Shown: positions 37,747 through 48,690 of the stretch, piece by piece
Numbering within the stretch: the stretch's first letter is position 1
Layout: the number at the start of each line of letters is the position of its first letter
NCBI RefSeq assembly: GCF_032191835.1
Contig: NC_083223.1
Coordinates: 62,806,001-62,870,000, forward strand
From: Heteronotia binoei
Taxonomy: Eukaryota
DNA: 64,000 bases
Reading direction: 5' to 3'
Made by a program: the position numbers and the translations under genes
Notes under the pieces: model-generated
Told to the model about the DNA's origin: nothing
Databases searched by the model: none
What the model saw: only the letters and a program-made list of their open reading frames with translations

Positions 37747-39022
37747 TAATACAGTCCCAAACATGCAGACCCAAACATCATCACATGTTGCAGACCCAAA
37801 CATTAAGCCAGATGATGAGCTTGGTAGCGTTTATCTGCTCTACAGATTGCTTGCTTCTCATTGTGCACCTAATGACCTTGTGATATCACAGCCTAGTATA
37901 CCAGAAGCATTGGCACGGGCTTCAGCAGGGTGAGGACACTGAAGGTGGGCAGGCAAAAAGCAGTGGCAAGGATCAGGCAGCAGTGACAGTGAAGAAAATG
38001 GGGACCAGGAAGGGAAATGGGATTTCCTTTCCCCCATTAGTCTTGTTGGTCTCTTGGTTGTGATTCCACTCTACATTATGTCAAAGTGTTACTTTAATTT
38101 GATAGCTTTTTAAAAAGTATACACTTGGTAACAGAATTAAAAAAAAACCACTAGTCATTCACATCCAAATCTCTTTTCTTCTCTGGAGGTTTGTTTTTCT
38201 TTAAACATATCTAAAACAATGTTAATACTGAAGGGATCTGATGAAAGCTCACTAGAAACAAATTTGATGTAATTCTAGTTTCTGGGGCTTCTGTGATTTT
38301 CTTGCCTTCTCCGCACATTTTCAGTAAATCTATGGTGTTGCACTCAAGCTTGGAAATGCGTACAAAGTGGAGTATAAATGTAAATAAATGTGTGGCACTA
38401 ACACATTATCTTCCTGCAGCCTGCTTAGATTATACAATTCTGTAGGTGACATATTATCCCATGGATTTGTCCAGATTTAACATGCAGAGGCCTCTTGCAA
38501 AGGCTTGAATCCTTCCTACGATTTCTGTGGACAGACAGATTTCCTTCCATGAAGCAGCAACTTCCCTGACTACTTCCCCACCACTGCAGCCCCAAACATG
38601 CCCTGAAATGCTGCTTCTGGAGGAACTGTGAACTCCAGGAATATCTTTGGGAGATCTGCTGGAGCAGGGTGTGGAATTGGCAAAAATCATAGCAACCATG
38701 TGGGCAGAAAATTTAGACATTATATAATAAGCCACATAATTCATCTCCTAGTAAAGAGACCAAGTATCAGCTTCACACAAATTTAATCAAATTTGCTTAT
38801 AAGGCCACCGTGGCTTTGGTGGTAGGCCAGCCGCTCCCACAAACACAGAAGACCAAGTATCATCAAAACTGGCCCATCACTGAAGAAGTCAACTAGTGAA
38901 AATCAATTCATGATTGCTTACATTTATACAAAACATTTATCACCTTTAGAAATCTTCTGATAAGGTTTCAATGTCAAGGACACATTATGCATACTGTATA
39001 TAACTAAGTTTTTAGTACTCAC

Positions 39023-39085
39023 AGGCTTACCATCTGGACCAGGTTCTCCAGGAAAGCCATGATTCCCAGGTTGCCCAGGATCTCC
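39023..39085 (-). CDS. COL21A1: COL21A1 exon (63 nt), GDPGQPGNHGFPGEPGPDGKP
   Basis: ctctttatag acceptor, gtgagt donor, 7 Gly-X-Y triplets. Confidence 0.93.
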
Positions 39086-39727
39086 CTATAAAGAGGACCA
39101 TAAGGTGTTAAAGACAAGCATTAAGAACAGCATGCACTATTATTATACTTTCAAAGGAGTGTTAATTCATAAAACCTTGGGGGTAAGCCAAAAGATGCTG
39201 TATGAAAGATCTGTTCCTGACAATACAATCTCCCTATGAGACACTTTCACACTTTTATAATGTTTTTGCAAAATATGGCCTTGAGCCTGATATTCAAGAA
39301 GTTACAGACTTATATAGTACACATAATTAAAAACATTTTGAGGAGATGATGTTGCAATGCATGCTGAAGGGAAAGGTCTTCAGATGGTTAGTAGAAGTAG
39401 GATCAGTATCCTTTAGCAAGTACAATAGTATCATAATATGAACTCCAGGTTAATCTGATAGATTTTGCTACAGAGCCCACTGAAAGACCTATGAAACACT
39501 GGTGATGGCAGCAAAGAAATGCTTACAGTAGCGAAGTAGTAACATCAGCTTGTTCACAGCCATCCTGATTGCTCAGGGTAGCTCAACCAAAAACTGAGCC
39601 TTTATTGTCTCAGGAATACACAATTAGCTGTGATACTTTTACCAAGATTTTTTGGTGATAGGTACTGAAAATATGCCTTGATCTGGCTATCAATTGTACC
39701 ACAGGCACACCAGAAGTAAGCCCTAAT

Positions 39728-41075
39728 TAGGCTTCCCAACCCCCCCCCGGCCCTGGCGGGGGACACCCGTATTTGCAGCCTCCTCCCCCGCTCTCCAAAA
39801 ATCCGGAAGCGGGGGGGGGGGGGAACGGCGCCAATTATGCTGCCACTCTCCCCAATGAGTTTCCCAGTCCTTATTATTGGGCGGCAGCAGGTAACGTTTT
39901 GTGCCGCCGCCGCAGCCGCAACACCACGCCACCAGCACAGGCAGCAGCCGCCACCCACCGCTGTGGCCCGAGCTACAGGCTGCCTGAGGAGAGCAGCAGA
40001 GGGTCTCCTCTCCCTCCATCCCACCAGGCCCTGGCGAAGGAAGAGGCCGGCCAAGGCCCACCAACCCCAACCTGCGGCGGCTGCAGCAGCACGGAGCCTT
40101 GTCCCCCCCCCACTAGAAAGCCCACCACCAAGCAGCCAGGTGGGAGGCAGCAGAGGAGGAGAGGAGAAGCGAAACGGGGAGGGGAGAGGAGAGGAGGGGG
40201 CGCTGGCCAGACGCCTGCCTGGGCTACCCGGCCTTTGTTTCCCGGCACCTCCGGGAGCCTCTCCTCTCCCAGCAGCACGGCCTCCTATCACATCCCCCCC
40301 CTTTCTTGGCCCTACCTGGCGTTTTTTTTCTTTCTTTTTTTTTGGCCCTCATTAGCAGGCTGGGAGTTCAATGTTGCCCATGGCAACCGGCTCCGCTTCT
40401 TCCACCTTCATTTTCCTCACTTCCCCCCCTCCCCGCTTGGCCCAGATGTGTGGCTTTGCCTTGGCCTGGGCGCTTGCGGAGAGAGAGAGGGGAGGGAAGG
40501 GGAGCCCTGCCTCAGGAATGGTGGAAGAGGGGGGGAGATTGGTCCAGGGGTCGTTTTTGTAAACAAATAGGTGCTGCCGCAGCGGCGGGGGGGGTGCGCG
40601 CCGCCGAGGCCAGGCGAGGCAGGAGTCCGGCTCGTGCGCCCTCCCAAGGTAAGCCCAGCCTTTCTTCTCCTCCCTCCCTCCCTCCCACGGGGGCCGGCGC
40701 TGCCTGCTTGGGCATGAGAGAACCTCCACCTTTCCTGCCTCCCGTGCCGTGCCGTCCCTCCCCGACCCTGCGTCGTCAGCGAAGGAGTGGAGCGAGGCAT
40801 GTGCCGGGAGCAGCGGCGGCCCAGGGCTGGGGGACTTGTGGCGAGCAGCAGCGCTGAGGCGAGGCAAGGCTAAGGAGAAGGTGCCCCTATCCTTCATTAT
40901 TTCCTATGGAGGGAAGGGATTTAAAAGATGTGCGGTCTCTTTAAATGTGATGGCCAGAACTCCCTTGAAGTTCAATTATGTTTGTCACACCCATGTTCCT
41001 GGCTCCGCCTCTAATGTCTCCTGGCTCCACCCCCAAAGTCCCCAGATATTTCTTGAATTGGACTTGGCAACCCTA
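39728..41075. mobile_element. Non-autonomous hAT element with about 1.07 kb of CpG-rich interior
   Basis: Ends taggcttccca / tggcaacccta and TSD gccctaat / ggcccaat. Termini shared with the element at 62600-63393. Confidence 0.85.
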
Positions 41076-41095
41076 GGCCCAATACACCACCTGGT

Positions 41096-41305
41096 CTATT
41101 TATGGATCACTTTGACCCAGTTGCCATGATGGATGTCAACAAGATCCTGGGATTGGTGAAGGCCACTACTTCTGGATCCTTGCCCAACCTGGCTACTAAA
41201 ATCATCTGAGGGCCACATCAACAAACGCTTAGTATCTATTGTCAATCAGTCACTAACTCTTCCGCCAGCCACTCAAAAAGGTGGTAATCCATCTGCTACT
41301 TTAAA
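41096..41305 (+). mobile_element. Old L2 ORF2 fragment
   Basis: DHFDPV..DVNKILGLVKATT..DPCPTWLLK resembles ...RPTTCKLDPCPSWLIK of the intact L2. Confidence 0.7.
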
Positions 41306-42098
41306 AAATATCTCTACATTAAAATGATGTAGCCAATCTGCCCAATTATGTAAGTTCACCTGGTGTGGCAAAAACCGTAACATTCCCATTTCAGACAGCA
41401 TTTAGTGCAGGGTAAATTAATTGATTTGACAGATTTCGCTGTACTTGTTTCTACACTCTGGGTATTTTCAGGTTGTTTTTTTTAACTTCAGAATAATTTT
41501 ATTTCAGAAATCATATACAAGATAACAAATATACAAAGCTAAAATTGACAGTTTACAAATAGATTCCGGCTCCTGTCCAGAAGCAGGCTTCACAGCCTTG
41601 CTTCTGGAGGCCGTTTTGCCTCCTCACAAGGCGGAGGAAGAGACAGGGCAGCATCAGAGGTGGGGGTGGAACAGGCACACCTAGAGGCGGGCTCCACTCC
41701 CTCCTCTCAGTCTTCTTGCAGGCAGACATTTTGAAGGCTATTTCTGTGCTTGTTAGCTCTTCGGCCTACTGTTGCTAGCCATTTTTGTAATTTTATTGCA
41801 GGTGGCCATTTTAAGGGCTTTTATTTGTGTATTGTTAGACATGCCTAAAGGGCAAGGAAAGCCAAAAGGCAAGGCCCCTGCTCCTAAACAGCCCAGGCGA
41901 CCTGCACCTCCTAAGCGCCCTGCGCCACAGCCCTTGTCATTGGATGAAGATTACAGCATTTTTGAGTAGTCATGCCTAATGGACAGGGCAAATCCAAGGG
42001 CAAAGGCCCTGTGCCAAGACCGCAGCGACCTGTTCCTAAGTGCTCAGCACCTTTGCCTTCATCATCTGACGAGGAGGATGGCTCTTTTGAGCAGTCTG

Positions 42099-42100
42099 CT

Positions 42101-42139
<39 letters not shown>

Positions 42140-45100
42140 TTTGGGATTTATATCCCGCCCTTCCCACAAGTGGCTCAGGGCGGCTTCCAGTGATAGATCC
42201 AACAAAATTACAGTATTTAAACATATAAAGGGATCAGCATTTAAAACAGATAAAAACAGATAAAACCATGGTTATCAATAAATATTAATAAATATTAATA
42301 AATATTTCAACTGTATATAAAAGAAAGAAATCCGGCAAGTTACATTAAAATTCTCAAGCTAGGTATAGGCTAGCCGGAAGAGGGTCGTCTTACAGGCCCT
42401 GCGGAACTGTACAAGGTCCTGCAGGGCCCTCACCTCTTCCGGCAGCTGATTCCACCATGTAGGGGCCATAACAGAGAAAGCCATTTCTCTGGTGGATTTC
42501 AAACGGGCTTCCTTCGGCCCAGGGATGGTAAAGAGATTTTGTGTTCCCGACCTCAGTACTCTCTGGGGAACGTGCGGGGAAAGACGGTCCTTCAGGTAGA
42601 CAGGTCCCAAGCCATATAGGGCTTTAAAGGTGATAACCAGCACCTTGTACCGGACTCGGTATATTACTGGAAGCCAGTGCAGGGTCCGAAGACCCGGCTG
42701 AATGTGTTCCCACTTTGGGAGACCCAATAACAGCCGGGCCGCAGCATTCTGCACCAGCTGCAATTTCCGAGTTCGGGACAGGGGCAGCCCCATGTAGAGG
42801 GCATTACAGTAGTCTAACCTCGAGGTGACCGTGGCATGGATCACTGTTGCTAGGTCGTCGCGCTCCAAAAAGGGGGCCAACTGCCTTGCCCGCCTAAGGT
42901 GAAAAAACGCGGACTTGGCAGCGGCTGCTATCTGAGCCTCCATCTTTAAGGAAGGCTCCAACAGCACCCCCAAGCTCCTGACCCTGTCCGCCGCTATCAG
43001 CGGCGCACCGTCAAAGGCTGGTAGGGGGATTCCCCTTTCCGGACCGCGGCGACCCAAGCAAAGGACCTCTGTCTTCGCAGGGTTAAGCTTCAGCCCGCTC
43101 AGTCTGAGCCATTCAGCCACGGCATATAGTGCCCGATCTAGATTTTCCGGGACGCAGGTCGGCTGGCCATCCATCAGTAGATAGAGCTGGGTGTCATCAG
43201 CATACTGATGACACCCTAGCCCGTACCTTCGGGCAATCTGGGCAAGAGGTCGCATATAGATGTTAAATAACATCGGGGAGAGAACCGCCCCCTGGGGCAC
43301 ACCACAGTCAAGTGTGCACCTCCGGGACAGCTCCCCCCCAACTGCGACCCTTTGTCCCCGACCTTCAAGGAAAGAGGAAAGCCACTGTAAAGCCAACCCC
43401 TGAATCCCTGCGTCGGCGAGGCGACCCTTCAGTAGCCGATGGTCGACCGTGTCGAACGCAGCCGACAGGTCTAACAGCATCAGCACCGCCGAGCCGCCCT
43501 GATCCAGATGCCGTTGAAGGTCATCCACTAGGGCGACCAGCACCGTCTCCGTCCCATGTCCCGGGCGAAAGCCGGACTGAAATGGGTCAAGGATGGAAGC
43601 ATCCTCCAGGAAAGTCTGCAGCTGCATCGCCACTGCCCTCTCAATAAGTTTGCCCAAAAAGGGCAAATTTGAGACCGGCCGATAGTGTACCAATTGGGCC
43701 GGGTCTAAAGATGGTTTCTTTAAGAGGGGACGGACCACAGCCTCTTTGAGCGGCGTTGGAAAGTGCCCTTCCCTCAGGGATCTATTTATGATATCCCGTA
43801 TAGGATATCTAAGGTCACCCTGGCAAGATTTAATAAGCCAGGAAGGGCATGGGTCCAATTTACAGGTAGTTGGGCGAGCAGCTAAGAGGATCCTGTCAAC
43901 TTCCTCCAGGCTGAGGGGTTCGAAGTCATCCAGCATATAATCCGAAGACAGGCTCGGAGCCTCGAGTTCGCTAACTGTCTCAAAATTGGCAGAGGAGTCG
44001 GGGCGGAGTGACGCGATTTTATCCACAAAAAATTTCGCAAAAGCCTCACAGCCTATTTCCAATTCAATAGAATTTGGTCTGCCTTGCGGCAGTGTTGTAA
44101 GTCCTCTAATTATGTCGAACAATTGGGCCGGGCGCGAAGTTGCGGACGCAATCTTAGCCGCAAAGAACGCTTTCTTTGCGGCTTTGATTGCCATCTCATA
44201 GGCCTTCAAACTCTCTCTATAAGATGTTCGGGTCACTTCGTCTCGAGTACGCCGCCATTGCCTCTCTAGCCTTCTGAGTCCCCGCTTTTGTTGCCGCAGC
44301 CCCTGATTGAACCAGGGCGACGGCTTCGGGCGGGAACGCAGAGGGCGCTTGGGTGCGACCTCCTCGATGGCGCTGGAGAGCCCATCGTTCCAGGACTCTA
44401 CCAGATCATCCAGGGAGTCGCCAGTAGGCCAGGTGTCCCGAAGGGCCGTTAGGAACCGTTCCGGGTCCATCTGGCTCCGCGGGTGAGCTAAAATACGCTC
44501 TCCGCCTAAACAGGTTTTGGGTGACACTCCCATACGAGCCTTAAGGGCAAAGTGATCTGACCATGGCACTGCTTCCATTGCAATATCAGTCACTGGTATT
44601 CCGGCCGCAAAGACCAGGTCTAACATGTGTCCCGCCTGATGAGTGGGCGTTGTAATAACCTGGGAGAGTCCTAGTGTCGCCATGGATGACACCAGGTCCG
44701 TCGCCTGGCCGGAGGCCGCGTCGTCAGCATGGACATTGAAGTCACCCAAGACCAGAAGCCTTGGGTGCTCCAACGCCCAGCCCGCCGCGGCCTCCACCAG
44801 GGACGGTAAGGCGCTGGTCGGTGCGTTAGGCGGTCGGTACACCAGCCAGATCGCCAACCCCTCCCCAACATCCCACATCAGGCCAACACATTCTATGCCT
44901 GGAATCTCTGGGGCCGGAAGGGCCCTAAAGGAGTAAGCCTCTCGTATGAGAAGTGCCACCCCTCCCCCCCGCCCGCTAGTCCGTGACTGGTGGAAGACCG
45001 AGTATCCCGGGGGAACGGTCTGGGAGAGAGCTACCGTCTCCCCTTCACGCACCCAGGTCTCGGTCACGCAAGCCAGGTCCATGTCCTGCTCGGTCAGAAA

Positions 45101-46879
45101 CTCTCGCAGGACAGAGGTCTTATTATTAATGGACCTGGCATTGCATAACACCAGTGACGGAGGCGAGTAATTCAGCCTGGCCTTACTACTTGTCACCGTC
45201 GGGATGGGACGGAGGCTGGAAGGGGGTCGAGCACTATTATGTCTCGATCTCCTTCCCTTATAACTCTGCCTCGTCCCACCGTCGTATCTTCCCCTCCCCA
45301 GTAGTACTGGTATCCCTAGGCCAGTCATCTTGTTAATGTTCCCTAGTCCGATGGAACCTTTAGAGCTACCCTCTTCTTCTCACCCCTCCTTCCCGCCGAT
45401 CTATCTGTTTTTATAAATTAATTAACTGATCTAATTAAACTAATCTGCCAATTACTATATAGCTATTTAATTAATTAGCCCCCTAACTTCTCAATCATTA
45501 GCTAAGAATCAAATTAATTTAATCTAAAAGTTCATTAATTGTAAAAACCCTCCCAATAAATATCTTTCCTTAATTAATTTGCCACCAATCGATTTTCCCA
45601 AGCTCGTTAATTATAAAACCCTCCCAATAATCTCTACCCTAATTAACTTGCTACTAATCAACTTTCAATTAGCTAATAATCAACCTCTTAATAGCCTATA
45701 AACCAAACCAATCTTATCGTTACACTGGCAGTTTAGATCTGCTGGGGTGGGGGATTAATACAAGGATGTAAACAATTTAGTAAAGTGCAGTAGTTTTTAA
45801 AGTGCTGAAGTCTATAAGGTGCCTTGATCTTATTTCCGTATCTTTGTCTTTCCGTATCTTTGTCTTTATCTTCGGGCGTGCTGAATTCCATGTGGAGCTT
45901 GTTCTTTAAAGTGGTGGGAGGGGAGGGGGTTGTTAAGAGGTAGGCAACTCGGTAGGGGAGTCGTTGGGATGATCTTAGGATGACTATATGGCCAGCCGGT
46001 GGACTCGGGAGGCCCACTGTGCAATCTCGGGGGGCCCAGAGGGGTATGAGCCCCGCTACGTCCCCTTCGTCACACAGGCTCCGCCCTGGTCAGCAGTTCA
46101 GCTCGGCCCCTTTCGATGTTATCCGGGCCCTTCGGCCACCAGTCGAGTCCCAACGCGATGCCCTACAACCACTCCCACGCCGGGAAGGGAGGGGGGGGAT
46201 ACGTCCCCAAATTCCGCCGCCACACACAGTTGATACAGTGGTCGGCACCACCAACAACCCCTCACTAGTCCCTTCCTCGGTCTCCTCCGGCCCCCAGCTC
46301 AAGCCCACAGCTCGGCTCCTCCAGCTCACGGCTCAAAGTCTCTGCCTCCACCGCGCTCCACCACGGCCCCGGCTGGCTCGGCTCGCTCCTCCCGCTATGC
46401 GGGCGCCGCCCGTTGTATTCCACGCCGCCCGCCGCCCGTTCTCCACTCAGTTCCGCGGCCCGGCGCGGCTCGGCTCGGCACCCCAGCAGGCCAGCAAGCC
46501 GTTGCAGCAGCTCACGTCGCCCGCCGCCGTTCTCTACCTGGCTCCACAGCCCCGGCGTGTCGCGGCTCAGTCCGGCACTGTAGCAGGCCAGGAGCACCGT
46601 CCGCTGTCGATCACTCCGCTCGCCTCGCCCGCCGTCACTCTCCACTCCACTCCGCGGCTTGGAGCGGTGCGGCTCGGCCCAGCGCCACAGCACTCAGAAA
46701 GATTTCCAATAGGAGAGTGGGGTAATAATACTTGAAATTTTCCCCTCACCTTCCTCTCAGCTGCAGTTGCAAGTCACTCAATAAAAACGGGTAGCTTAAC
46801 TTAGCTTGTGTTTAGTTGTGCGGCGGTGAAAGCTGTTGTCTCGAGGAGCTCCGGTGTTAGGGCTCCTTCACCGCCGCCA
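42099..46879 (-). mobile_element. Full-length L2 LINE (about 4.8 kb)
   Basis: (TAAA)n tail at 42099-42142, intact ORF2, about 1.55 kb 5' region and a terminal hairpin at 46820-46877. The 5' boundary is uncertain by about 40 nt. Confidence 0.9.
42359..45328 (-). CDS. L2 ORF2, APE endonuclease plus reverse transcriptase, 989 aa, uninterrupted
   Basis: APE: CNARS, TETW, VYRPP, GDFNVH, LDLV, SDHF. RT: LLDLSAAFDTVDH, GVPQGAVLSP, QYADDTQL. Confidence 0.97.
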   Translation of the reverse strand: MTGLGIPVLLGRGRYDGGTRQSYKGRRSRHNSARPPSSLRPIPTVTSSKARLNYSPPSLVLCNARSINNKTSVLREFLTEQDMDLACVTETWVREGETVALSQTVPPGYSVFHQSRTSGRGGGVALLIREAYSFRALPAPEIPGIECVGLMWDVGEGLAIWLVYRPPNAPTSALPSLVEAAAGWALEHPRLLVLGDFNVHADDAASGQATDLVSSMATLGLSQVITTPTHQAGHMLDLVFAAGIPVTDIAMEAVPWSDHFALKARMGVSPKTCLGGERILAHPRSQMDPERFLTALRDTWPTGDSLDDLVESWNDGLSSAIEEVAPKRPLRSRPKPSPWFNQGLRQQKRGLRRLERQWRRTRDEVTRTSYRESLKAYEMAIKAAKKAFFAAKIASATSRPAQLFDIIRGLTTLPQGRPNSIELEIGCEAFAKFFVDKIASLRPDSSANFETVSELEAPSLSSDYMLDDFEPLSLEEVDRILLAARPTTCKLDPCPSWLIKSCQGDLRYPIRDIINRSLREGHFPTPLKEAVVRPLLKKPSLDPAQLVHYRPVSNLPFLGKLIERAVAMQLQTFLEDASILDPFQSGFRPGHGTETVLVALVDDLQRHLDQGGSAVLMLLDLSAAFDTVDHRLLKGRLADAGIQGLALQWLSSFLEGRGQRVAVGGELSRRCTLDCGVPQGAVLSPMLFNIYMRPLAQIARRYGLGCHQYADDTQLYLLMDGQPTCVPENLDRALYAVAEWLRLSGLKLNPAKTEVLCLGRRGPERGIPLPAFDGAPLIAADRVRSLGVLLEPSLKMEAQIAAAAKSAFFHLRRARQLAPFLERDDLATVIHATVTSRLDYCNALYMGLPLSRTRKLQLVQNAAARLLLGLPKWEHIQPGLRTLHWLPVIYRVRYKVLVITFKALYGLGPVYLKDRLSPHVPQRVLRSGTQNLFTIPGPKEARLKSTREMAFSVMAPTWWNQLPEEVRALQDLVQFRRACKTTLFRLAYT

Positions 46880-47723
46880 ATGATGAGTTTAGGAGGTTCA
46901 AAACAAAAGCAATGTTTGAGTTTTAGACAGAATAGCTGACTTGGAGGGTTTGTGTAGGAGGCAGACAGTTGTATTGTGTGGTCAGGCTTCTAAGGCAGAT
47001 AAGCGGGCTGCCAAGAAGCGCTTCCAGGAGGATATCCTTAATCACTTGTCTTGAAAGCAAGTCTTCCGTGGACAAAATGGAGGGGGTGTCACCCCTTCCA
47101 GCGGAGGTGCCCGCTGTGGATGCTGTGCAGAATTGGAAGTTGGGTAGGGGTGAGTTTGCACAACACACTACCACAGCTTAGCCCTGGGGGCCATGGGGGC
47201 AGTCTGCCACCTTTGGGCCGGTTGTTAATAGCCAGCCTGCAGCTTTTAATAATCCCCAGCCTTGTGCTTGGGGTCTTAACCTGGCTAACCCTTGGGGTCC
47301 TTGGGGAGGCCTACCCAGCCAGTTCCCAGGAACGCCTGGGGCACCATATGGTGGCTGGGGGGTTTCTTATCCTTGGGGTTCATGATATTCTGCCATACCT
47401 GCTAAGGCTTTACCTTTTGATGATCTGGCCTTACCTCTTGGTTTATCACTTGTTGCCGGCTGCCAAGGATAAGATATTGAAAGGGGAATTCATGCAGGAG
47501 GTGGAATGCGCATGCTCTAGAGGAAGAAGCCTTGGCTCGTCCCTCTCCGAGACAAGAAAGAGATTAAGACCGAAAGGAATGTAAATAGTGTGGTTACGGG
47601 GGCATAAATAACCTGCAGAGTAGTTAAAGAGGCAAAAGGCGTGTTGAGACGAGAAATAGCAGTCAGAAGTAGGGAGTATTTAGTTAGTGAAATAAAAGAG
47701 TAAGGGCGATTAACAGCTTAGAA

Positions 47724-48690
47724 ATGGCTGCTGCAATGGTTAAACAGCTTTCAGAAAAGATGGCACAATTTCAGGCGTTAATGTTAGAATCTCATAACAA
47801 GATACAAGAAGCCATTGCCGAAGTAAAAAATGAGGTTAGTCAGCTAAATAAGGAGTTAAAAGATGCTAAAGAGCTGGCTAGCCAGGCAGACAAGATGGCT
47901 TCAGCAAATAAGCAGGACATAACTTATTTAAAGGAATAGATCAAGGGGCTTTCAGACAGGGCAAGGAGGGCAAATCTAATTTTCCATGGCATTTCAGAAG
48001 ATATTGATTCACGACATTTGGAAGACGGTTTGATAAAATGGATTTCAGAACAAGAAACAGGGATAACGATTACCGCCGACCACTTAGAAAGAGTGCACAG
48101 GATAAGGAGTAGGAGGACTGGAGGGGAGCCCAGACCGGTAATAATTAAATTTGCAAGAGAAAAAGTTCAGCAACAAGTGTTTCTGGCCTTGAAGAAAAAG
48201 AAAGGATTGGAATATAAAGGAAAAAAAGTATTTGTAAGACAAGACTTTTGTAATAAAACACTGGAAGAAAAAAGACGAATGAAGCCATTTGCAGACAAGC
48301 TTCTTCAGAACAAGATACTGTTTACATGGGCTTACCCAGCCAGTATTGAGCCTTCTACACGTCAGGAGAAACGACAGAGGACGCGATCATAAGATGTTCA
48401 AGGGAGGAGGAAGAAGCTTCTAAGAAAGGGAAGTACCCCATAAATAAGAGGGAGGGGTGTTATGGTCTTAAATGAAGGAAAGGATAGAGAATATAGGAGA
48501 GGGAGGAGATGTGCCCACCCCAAGGTACAGGGAGGAGAGAGAGATCACCCCAAATGCAAGCCCTATACCTGAAGAGAGGGGGGAGAAGGGTAAGGGAAAA
48601 GGGGGAAGGAGGGGGAAAGGGAAAAGGGAGAGAAGTATATTAGAAGTAACTATTCAGCCAGGGAAGGGAGAGAAGGGTTACGAATATGGT
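47724..48690 (+). pseudogene. L1 ORF1p
   Basis: Coiled coil followed by RRANLIFHGISE, LERVHRI and PRPVIIKF. Contains stops and frameshifts. Confidence 0.88.

Noticed and set aside
39602-40897. Several long overlapping ORFs (up to 265 aa) on both strands
   Set aside because: Stop-poor GC-rich sequence inside a MITE, with low-complexity peptides and no recognisable domain.
45980-46735. 251-aa ORF antisense to the L2 5' region (ORF0-like)
   Set aside because: Non-ATG start in a GC-rich CpG block, no motif and only one copy to judge from.
46877-46945. Box C/D snoRNA-like pattern (ccaATGATGA...CTGActtgg, about 70 nt)
   Set aside because: It is antisense to the host gene, sits on the L2/Ngaro junction, and the CTGA lies in gag codons (LDRIADLE). 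No target guide was recognised.
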